From an uncultured delta proteobacterium (GTDB taxonomy: Bacteria > Myxococcota > Myxococcia > Myxococcales > Myxococcaceae), in NCBI GenBank assembly GCA_963713045.1, contig CAVQKE010000004.1, forward strand, positions 384,001 through 448,000: 64,000 nucleotides of DNA, read 5' to 3'. A program made the translations under genes and the position numbers. Each line of letters opens with the position of its first letter. Within the stretch, counting starts at the first letter, position 1. The notes beneath the pieces are model-generated. The model made no database searches. It was not told the DNA's origin and saw only the letters and a list, made by a program, of their open reading frames with translations. Below are positions 48,281 to 57,034 of the stretch, in pieces.

Positions 48281-50011
48281 CTAAAAGGTGAGGTGTCGGC
48301 CCTTCTGACGCCGGGTGTAGATGCTGAAGGTGGCCGTCGCCTCGCCGACGCCCATGTTGCCTGACTCGCCGATGCCGGAGGCGCCAAACTCCTCCCACTC
48401 CAGCGCCGAGTCGGTGCCGTCGTTCTCCTTCAACATGCCCCCCAGCGTGCGCCGGCCGAGCTGCAGCTTCTTGTCGTCGCGCGTCCACAGCGAAGTCGCC
48501 AAGTCGTGCGGGTTCTGGAAGAGGCAGAAGCGCACGTAGGATTCAAAATCCGCCATCTCCATTCCCACCAGAATGGGCATGAAGAATTCCGTGGTGGCCA
48601 GCGGGAAGTCACCGACGCCCCGGCCATCCCAGTTGACGCGGACGGTGGTGTCCGGACGGATGCGCAACAGCGCCGGCTTCACCGCTTCGGAGTGCTCGCC
48701 ATAGGCGCCCTCGGCGCGGCCACCCTCTCGCAGCACGCCGACGCCGGGCTGCTTCTTGGCCGCGGCGACGATGTCCACCAGGGTCTGCGCCTTGTGCACC
48801 ATCAGTGGGCTCACCACCTTGTCGTCGGTGGCTTCGCGTGGGTCGGCCACCCGCCAGCTGCCCATCTCCTCGTCGATGAAGCGCAGGAGGCTGTCCAGCG
48901 TCTTTGCCGAGGCAGCGACGCCGTGCAGCGAGGTGCACTTGTGGGAGCCAAACCCCAGCTTGGAATAGGTGAGACGGACGGCGATTTTCTTGAGTTCCGC
49001 CTCGCTGTAGCCGTCGTCCACCCAGGCCCAGTTGCAGCCTCCACCCTCGAAGCGCAGGCGGCGGAGACCGCGGCCTGCTTGAATTTTTCTTGCCGTCTCA
49101 CTGGAGCCAGTGACGGCCACCACCGCCACCCGCTCGTCCGTGGCCAGGCCAGCGATGCCGCCGCCGAAGCCTTCCACCTTCTGGACGTAGGCCGGGTCGG
49201 CGCCGGCGGCCAGCAGCATCCGCACCATGGTGGTGTTGCTGAGGGCGGCGAAGGGGTGGCCCTTGTAGATGAAGGGCACCCCGGCCAGGTACGCGCCCAT
49301 CAGGTGAATGCCGGGAATCCCGTAGATGAAATTCATCGGAGAGATGATGACGCTCACCCCCGCCGGCAGGTAGGCGTTGCGCCAGTAGCTTTGGCCGGGG
49401 ACGAGGGGGGGGAGCAACTCGCCCTGAATGGCGGCCTCGACCGAGCCCTCGAGGAGGTCCGCGGCGCGCTTGGCCTCAAAGAAGTCCTTTTGCGCTTCGA
49501 GTCGCGTCTTGGGGATTTGCTGGCGGATTTCGCGGAGGCAGTCTTCGGTGAAGTAGTCCAGCATCCGGCTCCAATTCTTCACCACGTGCTTGCGGTAGCT
49601 GAAGACCTCCTCGGCCCAAGACAGGCTCTTCCACGCCGCGTCGGCGGCGGCGACCGCCCGCTCCACGTCCTCCGCCGTCGAGGCGGCCACCTCCATCAGC
49701 GCGATGCGGCGGTCGGCGAGGCTGCGCAGCGTCGCCATCTCCCCCTTCGCCGGAAGGCTCCACTGCCCGGCGATGAAGTTGGTGACGCGAATCGGCTTGT
49801 CCCCCGAGCGCTGCGGAATGTGCCCTCCGTGGCAGAAGAGGTAGGGCCGCAGGGCCTCGAGGTCCTTGTCGGACAAAAGGTTGGAGAAGAGGGAGTAGCC
49901 GCCCCGGCGCTCGGGGTAGAGGGCGGCCAGGGGGTCCGGGCCCAGCTGGCCGGCCTCGCAAAAGGCGGTGATGGCCGAGGTGAGTTTCGGGAAGGTGGCG
50001 GTCAGCGACAT
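48281..50011 (-). CDS. Aldehyde dehydrogenase family protein (divergent)
   Basis: NFIAGQW, IISPMNF, VTGSSETA, RFEGGGCN (LELGGK variant), GSHKCTS (catalytic Cys), TEFFMP. Confidence 0.88.
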   Translation of the reverse strand: MSLTATFPKLTSAITAFCEAGQLGPDPLAALYPERRGGYSLFSNLLSDKDLEALRPYLFCHGGHIPQRSGDKPIRVTNFIAGQWSLPAKGEMATLRSLADRRIALMEVAASTAEDVERAVAAADAAWKSLSWAEEVFSYRKHVVKNWSRMLDYFTEDCLREIRQQIPKTRLEAQKDFFEAKRAADLLEGSVEAAIQGELLPPLVPGQSYWRNAYLPAGVSVIISPMNFIYGIPGIHLMGAYLAGVPFIYKGHPFAALSNTTMVRMLLAAGADPAYVQKVEGFGGGIAGLATDERVAVVAVTGSSETARKIQAGRGLRRLRFEGGGCNWAWVDDGYSEAELKKIAVRLTYSKLGFGSHKCTSLHGVAASAKTLDSLLRFIDEEMGSWRVADPREATDDKVVSPLMVHKAQTLVDIVAAAKKQPGVGVLREGGRAEGAYGEHSEAVKPALLRIRPDTTVRVNWDGRGVGDFPLATTEFFMPILVGMEMADFESYVRFCLFQNPHDLATSLWTRDDKKLQLGRRTLGGMLKENDGTDSALEWEEFGASGIGESGNMGVGEATATFSIYTRRQKGRHLTF

Positions 50012-50099
50012 GAAGAGCGGCTCCCTAGGGCAGCAAAGAGGGCGAGAGGCTTCCTATAGCGCCCTCGGGTTGGCCGATTCCAGGGCTCCGCCCCGCCCG

Positions 50100-51491
50100 T
50101 CAAATGGGGGTGGGGTAGCCCTGCGGCTTGCCGCCGAAGCGCGTCCGGATGACGGCGCCCAGCGAGACGATGGCCACGATGAACAACAACAGGTGGCCAA
50201 GGTAAGGGATGAGCGAGGCCAACAGCATGACGCCGATGCCGACCGCCAGCACCGCGGCCTGCGTCTTGCGCGTGCCCTTCAGCACCGGCAGCCGGGTCCC
50301 GATTTCGGCCGCAATGGTGGTGGCGCCCATGCCCAGCCCGAGGAGCACCAGCAGCCAAAGCACAATCAAGAAGGGCCAGCCGATGATGACCAGCACCGCC
50401 AGCATGATGCTGAGGGGAAGCAGGGCCACGCCGCCGACCAAGCCGGCGAGGGCGCACTTCACCGGGTCGCGCCTCACCTCGGCTTCAATCTGCTTCATCC
50501 GCGCCGGGACAAACATCAGGAAGATGAAGGACAGCCCGAAGAAGGCTGCGAATTCGAGGAGCAGGCGCGGAATGCTCCAGCCGACACTGGAGTGGCTCGA
50601 GCTTTCCGAGTGCGGGCTGGTGACGTTGCGCCAGGCCTTGGCGCCCTTGGTGATGGCCAGGTTGCTGCCGGGGCTACCGAAGGACATCTGCTCGCCGTGG
50701 ACTTCGGCCCCGTCGTCGACGCGGACCTCGCCGCCAAAGGCCACCACGTCGCCTTGGACTTCGGCCTCCGAGCCGACGTGCACGTTGCCGCCATAGACGG
50801 CCACGTCGCCCGTCACCCGGCCGAGGACGTCGAGGTTGCCTCCGAAGACCACCACGTCACAGGCCTCCTGGCCCTCCTCGACGGTGTAGTTGCCGGTGAC
50901 TGAGACGTCGCAGTCGTTGCTGGGGTGGTGTGGAAGGCCGCGCAGCTTTTCCTTCATCTCCCGCAGTCGGTCGCGCAACTCAGTGCGGCGGTCCTCGGCC
51001 GCCTCCTTTTCATCGTCAGCCTGGCTGTCGGCGTCCGAGTCTTCGTCCTCTTCGTCGGCGGCTTGGGCCTTGGAGGAGACCTCAGGAGCGCTCGGCGGAG
51101 TCGGGGGAAGCGGTGGCAACGGCGGCAGGGCCAGGCCCACCCGCGGCGCCGTCTGCTTCTGCCGTGCCTCGGCCGGGGTGGGCGGCCGCAGCGTGAAGAC
51201 CGAGCCACGGTGCTCGAGCACCAGGCCATAGGCGGCGGCCAGCGTCTCCAGCGCCTCCTCAGCCGGCACGTTCTCGAAGTGGAAGTCCCCGGTTTCCTGC
51301 AGACTGCCCCGCACGACGACGTTCAGCTTCGCGTCATCGGCAATGCGCTTGACGGCCTCGGACACCGGGCCCCGGTAGTTGAGGCTGATGCGAGCTGGTG
51401 CCTCCGCCGCCCTGTTGGCTGGGCCGCACAGGGCGGGAGTGGAGGCCAGAAGCCCGAGGGCGACGGCGAGGGCCGCGGAGGGCCACTTCAT
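50100..51491 (-). CDS. Membrane protein: signal peptide + STN-like domain + bactofilin-like beta-helix repeats + C-terminal TMs
   Basis: ISLNYRGPVSEAVKRIA..LNVVV..ENVPAEEALETL; three GDV(V/A)xFGGxVxV repeats; about 5 hydrophobic helices; ATGA overlap with the anti-sigma gene. Confidence 0.8.
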   Translation of the reverse strand: MKWPSAALAVALGLLASTPALCGPANRAAEAPARISLNYRGPVSEAVKRIADDAKLNVVVRGSLQETGDFHFENVPAEEALETLAAAYGLVLEHRGSVFTLRPPTPAEARQKQTAPRVGLALPPLPPLPPTPPSAPEVSSKAQAADEEDEDSDADSQADDEKEAAEDRRTELRDRLREMKEKLRGLPHHPSNDCDVSVTGNYTVEEGQEACDVVVFGGNLDVLGRVTGDVAVYGGNVHVGSEAEVQGDVVAFGGEVRVDDGAEVHGEQMSFGSPGSNLAITKGAKAWRNVTSPHSESSSHSSVGWSIPRLLLEFAAFFGLSFIFLMFVPARMKQIEAEVRRDPVKCALAGLVGGVALLPLSIMLAVLVIIGWPFLIVLWLLVLLGLGMGATTIAAEIGTRLPVLKGTRKTQAAVLAVGIGVMLLASLIPYLGHLLLFIVAIVSLGAVIRTRFGGKPQGYPTPI

Positions 51492-51994
51492 GGATGAACC
51501 TCAAGCTCCGCAGTTCGCGGTGTGGCCACCCGGCGCAGGCCGACCAGCGCAAGGAAAAGCACGAAGCAGAGCGACACCGTCAGCGGGACGGCGGTGGTCG
51601 ACCAGACCACTTGCAGCGCGTCGTTGACGCTCACCAGCGCAGTCTTCCAGCCGACCACGGCGCGAGCGGCGCTCGCGCCCAGAAGCCCAATCGGCCCCCG
51701 GGTGGCGACGAAGCTGAGCACCGCGGCCATCGAGGCGGCTGCCAAGATGGAGAGGCCCACCCGCAGCTCCACCCGCACCGGGGGCGGCTCGGCCGCCACC
51801 CGCAGCATCACCCGGGCCACCAAGTCCATCGGCGGCGGCGGGTCCGCCAGCCGGAAGAGGTCCTTCTCCAGTTGGCGGTGCTCCTCCAACACTTCGGCGC
51901 AGCGCGGGCAGCTCGCCACGTGCTCGGTGTACTCCCCACTGTCGCCGTCGAATTGTGCCGCGAAGAGGATTTCGAGTTCGGGGCAATCCATCAC
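51488..51994 (-). CDS. Putative zinc-binding anti-sigma factor with two TMs
   Basis: HVASCPRC (HxxxCxxC ZAS motif) plus N-terminal Cys; coupled to the ECF sigma gene. Confidence 0.85.
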   Translation of the reverse strand: MMDCPELEILFAAQFDGDSGEYTEHVASCPRCAEVLEEHRQLEKDLFRLADPPPPMDLVARVMLRVAAEPPPVRVELRVGLSILAAASMAAVLSFVATRGPIGLLGASAARAVVGWKTALVSVNDALQVVWSTTAVPLTVSLCFVLFLALVGLRRVATPRTAELEVHP

Positions 51995-52620
51995 GCCACC
52001 TCCTCGGAGTGAGCCGTCATCCGCCGGCGCAGCTTCTCGCGCGCCCGGAAGAGACGGGCCATAATGGTTCCTGGGGCGACGCCCATCACCACCGCAATCT
52101 CCTTGGTGGTCCGCTTCTGGACATAATAGAGACTCAACACTTCCCGGTCGTCTACCGAAAGGGTGGACAGGGCCGATTCAAGGGAGCGGCGCTGCTCGCC
52201 AGCGATGACGCCCTCCTCCTGGCTGGCCGCACCCGACGGCAGCACCTCGTGCATGTCATCCACGTTGTCGGTGAGCATGCGGCTGCGCCGGCGCAGAAGG
52301 TCCAGACAGAGGTTTCTGGCGATGGCCATCACCCACAAGTCGAACGGCTTGCCGTCGTCGTAGCGGTGCAGGTTTTGGTAGGCGCGCAGGAAGGTTTCCT
52401 GGGCCACTTCCGAAGCCTCGGCCTCGACGCGCAACAGCCGCAAGCACAAGCCGTAGACCGGCCGCTGGACGCTGCGCACCAGCGTCTCGAAGGCCGAGCG
52501 GTCCCCGCGCCGGGCAGCCAGCACCTCAGCACGGTAGGGTAAGGCAGGCGTTCGCTCGGCCAGCATGATGCCCAGTGCAGCCGGGAGGCTTGGAAGCGGC
52601 AGAGCGGAGAGCGAAGTCAC
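51991..52620 (-). CDS. ECF RNA polymerase sigma factor
   Basis: GDRSAFETLV, EVAQETFLRAY, WVMAIARNLCLD, EIAVVMGVAPGTIMARLFRAR. Start uncertain (52566-52671). Confidence 0.93.
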   Translation of the reverse strand: MTSLSALPLPSLPAALGIMLAERTPALPYRAEVLAARRGDRSAFETLVRSVQRPVYGLCLRLLRVEAEASEVAQETFLRAYQNLHRYDDGKPFDLWVMAIARNLCLDLLRRRSRMLTDNVDDMHEVLPSGAASQEEGVIAGEQRRSLESALSTLSVDDREVLSLYYVQKRTTKEIAVVMGVAPGTIMARLFRAREKLRRRMTAHSEEVA

Positions 52621-52735
52621 AACTTCTCTACGCAGCCTGTTGTGCGCCATTGCCCCTTGGCGTGCAGTCAATCCTCCACTGCATGGAACGTTAGAAGTTT
52701 CCAGCGATTGGCACCTTGCACACCTTATCCTACCC

Positions 52736-54160
52736 CTAGGCTTTCGAGGGTTTAGGAAGGCCCGTGTTGCCGGCGCGGGCCTGGGCGCGGGCCTGCTTCT
52801 TGGCGCGTGCTTGGGCGCGGAAACCCAAGGGCGCCGGCGCTTGGGCGCTGGGTGTCGGCGGCGCTTTCCGCTCTCCCTCGGTGCGGCGGGGCAGGGCGGC
52901 GACGGGGCGCGCCTCGCCCCGAGGCAGGTAGGGGGTGTGCTGGCCTGAACGCCAGGGAATTTCCGCCCCTTTGGGTTCTTCGGCCGGGGCCCCGGGGCGA
53001 TGGAACAGCCGCTTCACCACCAGGGTGGCGTAGCTACCCGGCTGCAGTGTGAAGGCGACGTTCAGTTTGGACAGGCCCCGGTTCAACTCATCCGGGGCCA
53101 CCCGGCCAAGCACCAGCTTCTGCGGCTGCACCAGCACCGGGCGCTCCTCGTGCTTGAAGTACAGAAGGCGCTCGGCTCCGGGAATGCGCAGGGCGTCCAG
53201 CGTCAGCTTCTCCTTGCCCAGCACCCAGCGGACCGCCTCCGCGATGCGCGTTTCCCCAAGGCGCGTGTCGGGCGCGAGCAGGGGGAAGGTGGCGGTGCGG
53301 AGAAAGGCCAACGACTCTGGGTCGGCGTCGACGTGGAAGAGGAGGGTGCCAGCCTGGTAGCGCATCGGAAAAAGGCTGGAGCGGGGCAGGGTGAGTTGCA
53401 GCAGCCGGCGCACCCCCTCGTTCCACAACCAGCTTTGGTAGGTGAAGAGGAGGAGGGCCCGGTAATCCGCATCCACTTGCAGAAAGGCCCGCAGGTAGTC
53501 CTCGGGGCGCTCCCGGAGGCTGCGGAGAATGCGGCTGTAGCGGCGGTTGGCGTCGAAGGGGCAACGGCGGCTCCAGTCGCCCCAATGCTGGCGCCAGAAT
53601 TCCTTCACCTTGGCGTCGTCCGTCCGGTCGAGGGGTGAAGGCTGGGCCAAGTAATTCCTCAGCGCCGCCTCGAAGTCGCCGCGCAGCAAGTCCTTGGCAA
53701 TGTAGCCCTGGCCGTGTTTCAGCGAGCCAAAGCGCTGGCTGTCGAAGTAATTCACCACCCCCAGCCGGTTGACCTCCGCCGCGGCCAGCGGCAGGTGGGC
53801 CAAGTCCTCCTGGGTGAGGGCGCGCACCGTCACCGAAAAACGGTTGGAGGTGGTGTTGCGCGCGCTCAACGGGCGCCCCGTCCGGCCGAGCAGCTTGAGG
53901 CGCAGGTCCGGGTCCTGGACCTCCACTTCCCTGCCGTCGACGGCGATGAGCTGTTCGGTGCGCCCCTGCTTGTCCTTCAGCCCGCAGAAGGAAATGGCGC
54001 CTGGGCGGAGGCCATAGCGGCTGCGGATGCGCTCCAGGGCTTCGAAGGTGGACAGCTTCTGCTTGTCCATGAGGTAGACGCGGTAGCGCCCCTCGGGGTC
54101 CGGGTCGAAGCGGTAGGACTCCCTGACGCTGAAGTCCTCGGGTTTCTGCTTGAGTCTCAC
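52736..54160 (-). CDS. truD: tRNA pseudouridine(13) synthase
   Basis: KQKPEDFSV, GLKDK (catalytic Asp), NRF, NYFDSQRFG, YQSWLWN, FTLQPGSYAT. Confidence 0.95.
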   Translation of the reverse strand: MRLKQKPEDFSVRESYRFDPDPEGRYRVYLMDKQKLSTFEALERIRSRYGLRPGAISFCGLKDKQGRTEQLIAVDGREVEVQDPDLRLKLLGRTGRPLSARNTTSNRFSVTVRALTQEDLAHLPLAAAEVNRLGVVNYFDSQRFGSLKHGQGYIAKDLLRGDFEAALRNYLAQPSPLDRTDDAKVKEFWRQHWGDWSRRCPFDANRRYSRILRSLRERPEDYLRAFLQVDADYRALLLFTYQSWLWNEGVRRLLQLTLPRSSLFPMRYQAGTLLFHVDADPESLAFLRTATFPLLAPDTRLGETRIAEAVRWVLGKEKLTLDALRIPGAERLLYFKHEERPVLVQPQKLVLGRVAPDELNRGLSKLNVAFTLQPGSYATLVVKRLFHRPGAPAEEPKGAEIPWRSGQHTPYLPRGEARPVAALPRRTEGERKAPPTPSAQAPAPLGFRAQARAKKQARAQARAGNTGLPKPSKA

Positions 54161-54218
54161 CAGCCGAAGGCCTTTACCACCAAGCTCGCACCTCCGCGTC
54201 CAGCGCGACCCCCTCGCG

Positions 54219-54247
54219 TTGGCGTGCCGGGGGGCCTCTGGTAACGT
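54219..54247 (+). promoter_or_regulatory. Candidate sigma70 promoter for the cyclase gene
   Basis: TTGGCG, 17-nt spacer, TAACGT with TG extension. Confidence 0.35.
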
Positions 54248-54304
54248 CGGGCTTTAGCCCGGGGTGGGACTTCGCGAGGCGCCCCGGCACCACGTCTTAG
54301 AGCG

Positions 54305-56023
54305 ATGCCCACGGCTTGCCCCCGATGTCGAACGCCGCTGGCCCACCCCTGGCCGGCGGCCTGTCCATCCTGCGGTGAGGCCCTCGCCCCGTTGCCCTCC
54401 GTCCGGACCAGCCCCCGGACGGCCTACCTCACCGGCCGCCTTCTCGACGGGAAGGTGAGTGAATTCCCGCTCACCGGGCGCACCACCCTCGGCCGTCATC
54501 CAGCCAACACGCTGAGGCTGGCCGACCGAGAAGTGTCCAAGGAACACGCCTCCATTGAACGTGCCGGGGGCACCTACCTCCTCAAGGACCTCGGGTCCTC
54601 CAACGGCACCTACGTCAATGGCCGACGGGTGCGCGAACACCGCCTCAAGGACGGGGACGAGATTACGCTTGGCAACTCGCGCCTCACCTTCCGCTCCGGC
54701 GACTTACTCACCAGCACCGGCAGCCCGGGCGTGACGGTGCTCGCCTCGGCGCAGGCAGCCCCGGCCTTCCTTGCCCAGATTGACCAGCCGGTGGCGGACG
54801 ACGAATTCCGGCCGGGCGAGCAGCTGAACGACGTCAATGCCTTACGGGCGGACTATGAGAAGCTGCGCATCGCCCACGAATTCCACCGGCAGGTGGGACT
54901 GGAGCGCGACCAGAAGAGTCTGTTGGACAAGATTCTTCGCGCCAGCTTCGAGTTGTTGGCAGCCGACCACGGCGTCCTCTTCCTGGTGGACGCCAAGGGC
55001 GAGCTGGTTCCAGAGGCGGTCCGCCACCGCAAGGAGCAAGAGGAGGAAGTCGTCGTCTCGGACACGGTGCTGAAGCGCGTCCTCGAGACGCGCCAAGCGG
55101 TGCTCACCGCGGACGCGGTGCTGGACTCGCGCTTTTCTGGAAGCGAAAGCATCGTCGCCCAAGGCATCCGCAGCGCGATGGCGGTGCCGCTGTTGGCCAA
55201 GGGCGAATTGAAGGGCGTCCTGTTTCTCGACACCCGCGAGCGTACCAACGCCTTCAGCGAGAAGGACTTGAAGATTCTCTCCGGCATCGCCAGCCAGGCG
55301 GCCATCGCCCTCGAGAACGCCGAGTTGGCACGGAAGATTGAAACCGAGGCCGTCACCCGAGCCGAACTGTCGCGCTTTCTGTCGCCGGCGGTGGCCGACA
55401 TGGTGGTCCGCGGCCAGGTGGAGCTGCTGCGGCAGGGCCGTCTGGCCGAGGTCAGCGTGCTGTTTGCCGACATCCGCGGCTTCACCACCATCGCCGAGGG
55501 GGAGAGCCCGCAGGAGACGGTGAGTATGCTGAACGGCTTCTTCACCGCCATGGCCGACGTCGTCTTCCGCCATGAGGGCAACCTCGACAAATTCATCGGC
55601 GACTGTGTGATGGCGGTGTGGGGGCCGCCCTCCCCGCACGGCGATGACCCCTCCCGCGCCCTTCGGGCGGCGCTGGAGATGCAAGCCCAGGTGGAAGCCC
55701 TGAATGAGATGCGCGAGGCCAAGGGCCAACGGCCCCTGTTGGTGGGCATCGGCGTCAACAGCGGCCTGGCGGTGGTCGGCTACATGGGCTCGGCCGACCG
55801 GCATGAATTCACCGCCATCGGCGACTGCGTCAACATCGCCTCCCGTCTGTGCGGCATCGCCAAGGGCGGTGAGGTGCTGGCTGCGGACACCACCATGTCC
55901 AAAGCTGGCTCGGAATTCCGCGCTGAGGAACTTCCCGTGCAAAGCGTGAAGGGCAAGCAGAAAACCGTCCAGCCCTTCCGCGTCCTCGGCCTGCGGGCGA
56001 CAACCGCCGGCGCCACCGGCTGA
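54305..56023 (+). CDS. Class III adenylate cyclase with zinc ribbon, FHA and GAF domains
   Basis: CPRC..CPSC; GRH..SKEHA..DLGSSNGT; GAF; FADIRGFT, DKFIGD, FTAIGDCVNIASRL. Confidence 0.93.
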   Translation: MPTACPRCRTPLAHPWPAACPSCGEALAPLPSVRTSPRTAYLTGRLLDGKVSEFPLTGRTTLGRHPANTLRLADREVSKEHASIERAGGTYLLKDLGSSNGTYVNGRRVREHRLKDGDEITLGNSRLTFRSGDLLTSTGSPGVTVLASAQAAPAFLAQIDQPVADDEFRPGEQLNDVNALRADYEKLRIAHEFHRQVGLERDQKSLLDKILRASFELLAADHGVLFLVDAKGELVPEAVRHRKEQEEEVVVSDTVLKRVLETRQAVLTADAVLDSRFSGSESIVAQGIRSAMAVPLLAKGELKGVLFLDTRERTNAFSEKDLKILSGIASQAAIALENAELARKIETEAVTRAELSRFLSPAVADMVVRGQVELLRQGRLAEVSVLFADIRGFTTIAEGESPQETVSMLNGFFTAMADVVFRHEGNLDKFIGDCVMAVWGPPSPHGDDPSRALRAALEMQAQVEALNEMREAKGQRPLLVGIGVNSGLAVVGYMGSADRHEFTAIGDCVNIASRLCGIAKGGEVLAADTTMSKAGSEFRAEELPVQSVKGKQKTVQPFRVLGLRATTAGATG

Positions 56024-56088
56024 TGCGCCCGCTGGGGGGCGTTTGGGGAGGCACCAAACCGCACGTGCGCTGGGAACGTCAGGCACCG

Positions 56089-56496
56089 ATGGAAGTCGCG
56101 CCGGAGGTGCTCCTCCGGTGCTTCTCCACGAGAATTCAGCAGCTGGCCGAGCGCGCTCGGGCGACGGTGCGCCTCGCGGTGCCCGGGGCAGTCGAGGAGG
56201 TCAAGCCCAACCGCGGCTATTTCGGCTACCGGCTTCAGCACCATTTCGCTTTTGTCCAACCGCTGCAGGACTATGTCCGCCTGGGCTTTGCCTTCGGCGC
56301 CTCCTTGGAAGACCCGGCCGGCCTGCTGCTGGCCGAGCCGTCCCGTCGGCTGCGGTATGTCCGCCTTGACCGCCCGGTGGACGCGCGCCGGGTGGAGCTC
56401 ACCACGCTGCTGCAGCTGGCGGCGGCCACAGCACCGCCCCGCCGCGTGCCGCCGCCCGGTGGGGCCCGGCGCCACCGGCGGGCTGGCGCGCGCTAG
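56089..56496 (+). CDS. DUF1801-like protein
   Basis: VPGAVEEVK...YVRLGF..GASLEDPAGLL...LRYVRL pattern. Confidence 0.7.
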   Translation: MEVAPEVLLRCFSTRIQQLAERARATVRLAVPGAVEEVKPNRGYFGYRLQHHFAFVQPLQDYVRLGFAFGASLEDPAGLLLAEPSRRLRYVRLDRPVDARRVELTTLLQLAAATAPPRRVPPPGGARRHRRAGAR

Positions 56497-56519
56497 CGGC
56501 AGTCGCTTTCAAAACGGCC

Positions 56520-56972
56520 ATGGGCGTCGGGTGCCGGACTGGGTGGGTGGTTCTCCTCGCCGCCGGCTGTGCCCACGCGCCGACGGATGCCAATGCGGCG
56601 GACGCCCTGGCGGTGATGGAGGTCGCCGCGCGCTACGCGTTGGAGCACGACGTCCCACCCGTGTTGCGCGAGCCATCGGCGGTGTGCCTGGAAGTCGACG
56701 GACAGCCGCCACCGCCTCAGCTACTTTCCCGGCTTTCGGGCGGCGGGGTGCAAGTGTCCGTGGGGGCATCCGACTGCTCCGGGCCCCTCGCCATCCTGGT
56801 GCAGCTGCGGGACGTGGTGGTGTCGGGCGAGCGCGCCACGGCGTACGCCGGCGTCCGCCTGGGCAGAAGCGGTCCCTTGTCGCTGCAAAAAGTCAACGGC
56901 GCCTGGCATGTCATCCCGCCGCCCGGGCCGGCCAATGTTGGACCGCGCCTCAGCGTGCCCATCGGCCAGTGA
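56520..56972 (+). CDS. Hypothetical lipoprotein
   Basis: VVLLAAG-C lipobox; Cys pair; LQKVNGAWHV C-terminal strand. Confidence 0.65.
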   Translation: MGVGCRTGWVVLLAAGCAHAPTDANAADALAVMEVAARYALEHDVPPVLREPSAVCLEVDGQPPPPQLLSRLSGGGVQVSVGASDCSGPLAILVQLRDVVVSGERATAYAGVRLGRSGPLSLQKVNGAWHVIPPPGPANVGPRLSVPIGQ

Positions 56973-57034
56973 AGCAGCCGCTGGCCGGTGCGGAACGCGT
57001 CGACCGTGGAAAAACGGGCTGCTAGGGTGCGGCC

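Noticed and set aside
52709..52720. Sigma54 promoter (TGGCAC..TTGCA); similar partial matches near 15870 and 43300
   Set aside because: GG-to-GC spacing does not fit the strict -24/-12 geometry.
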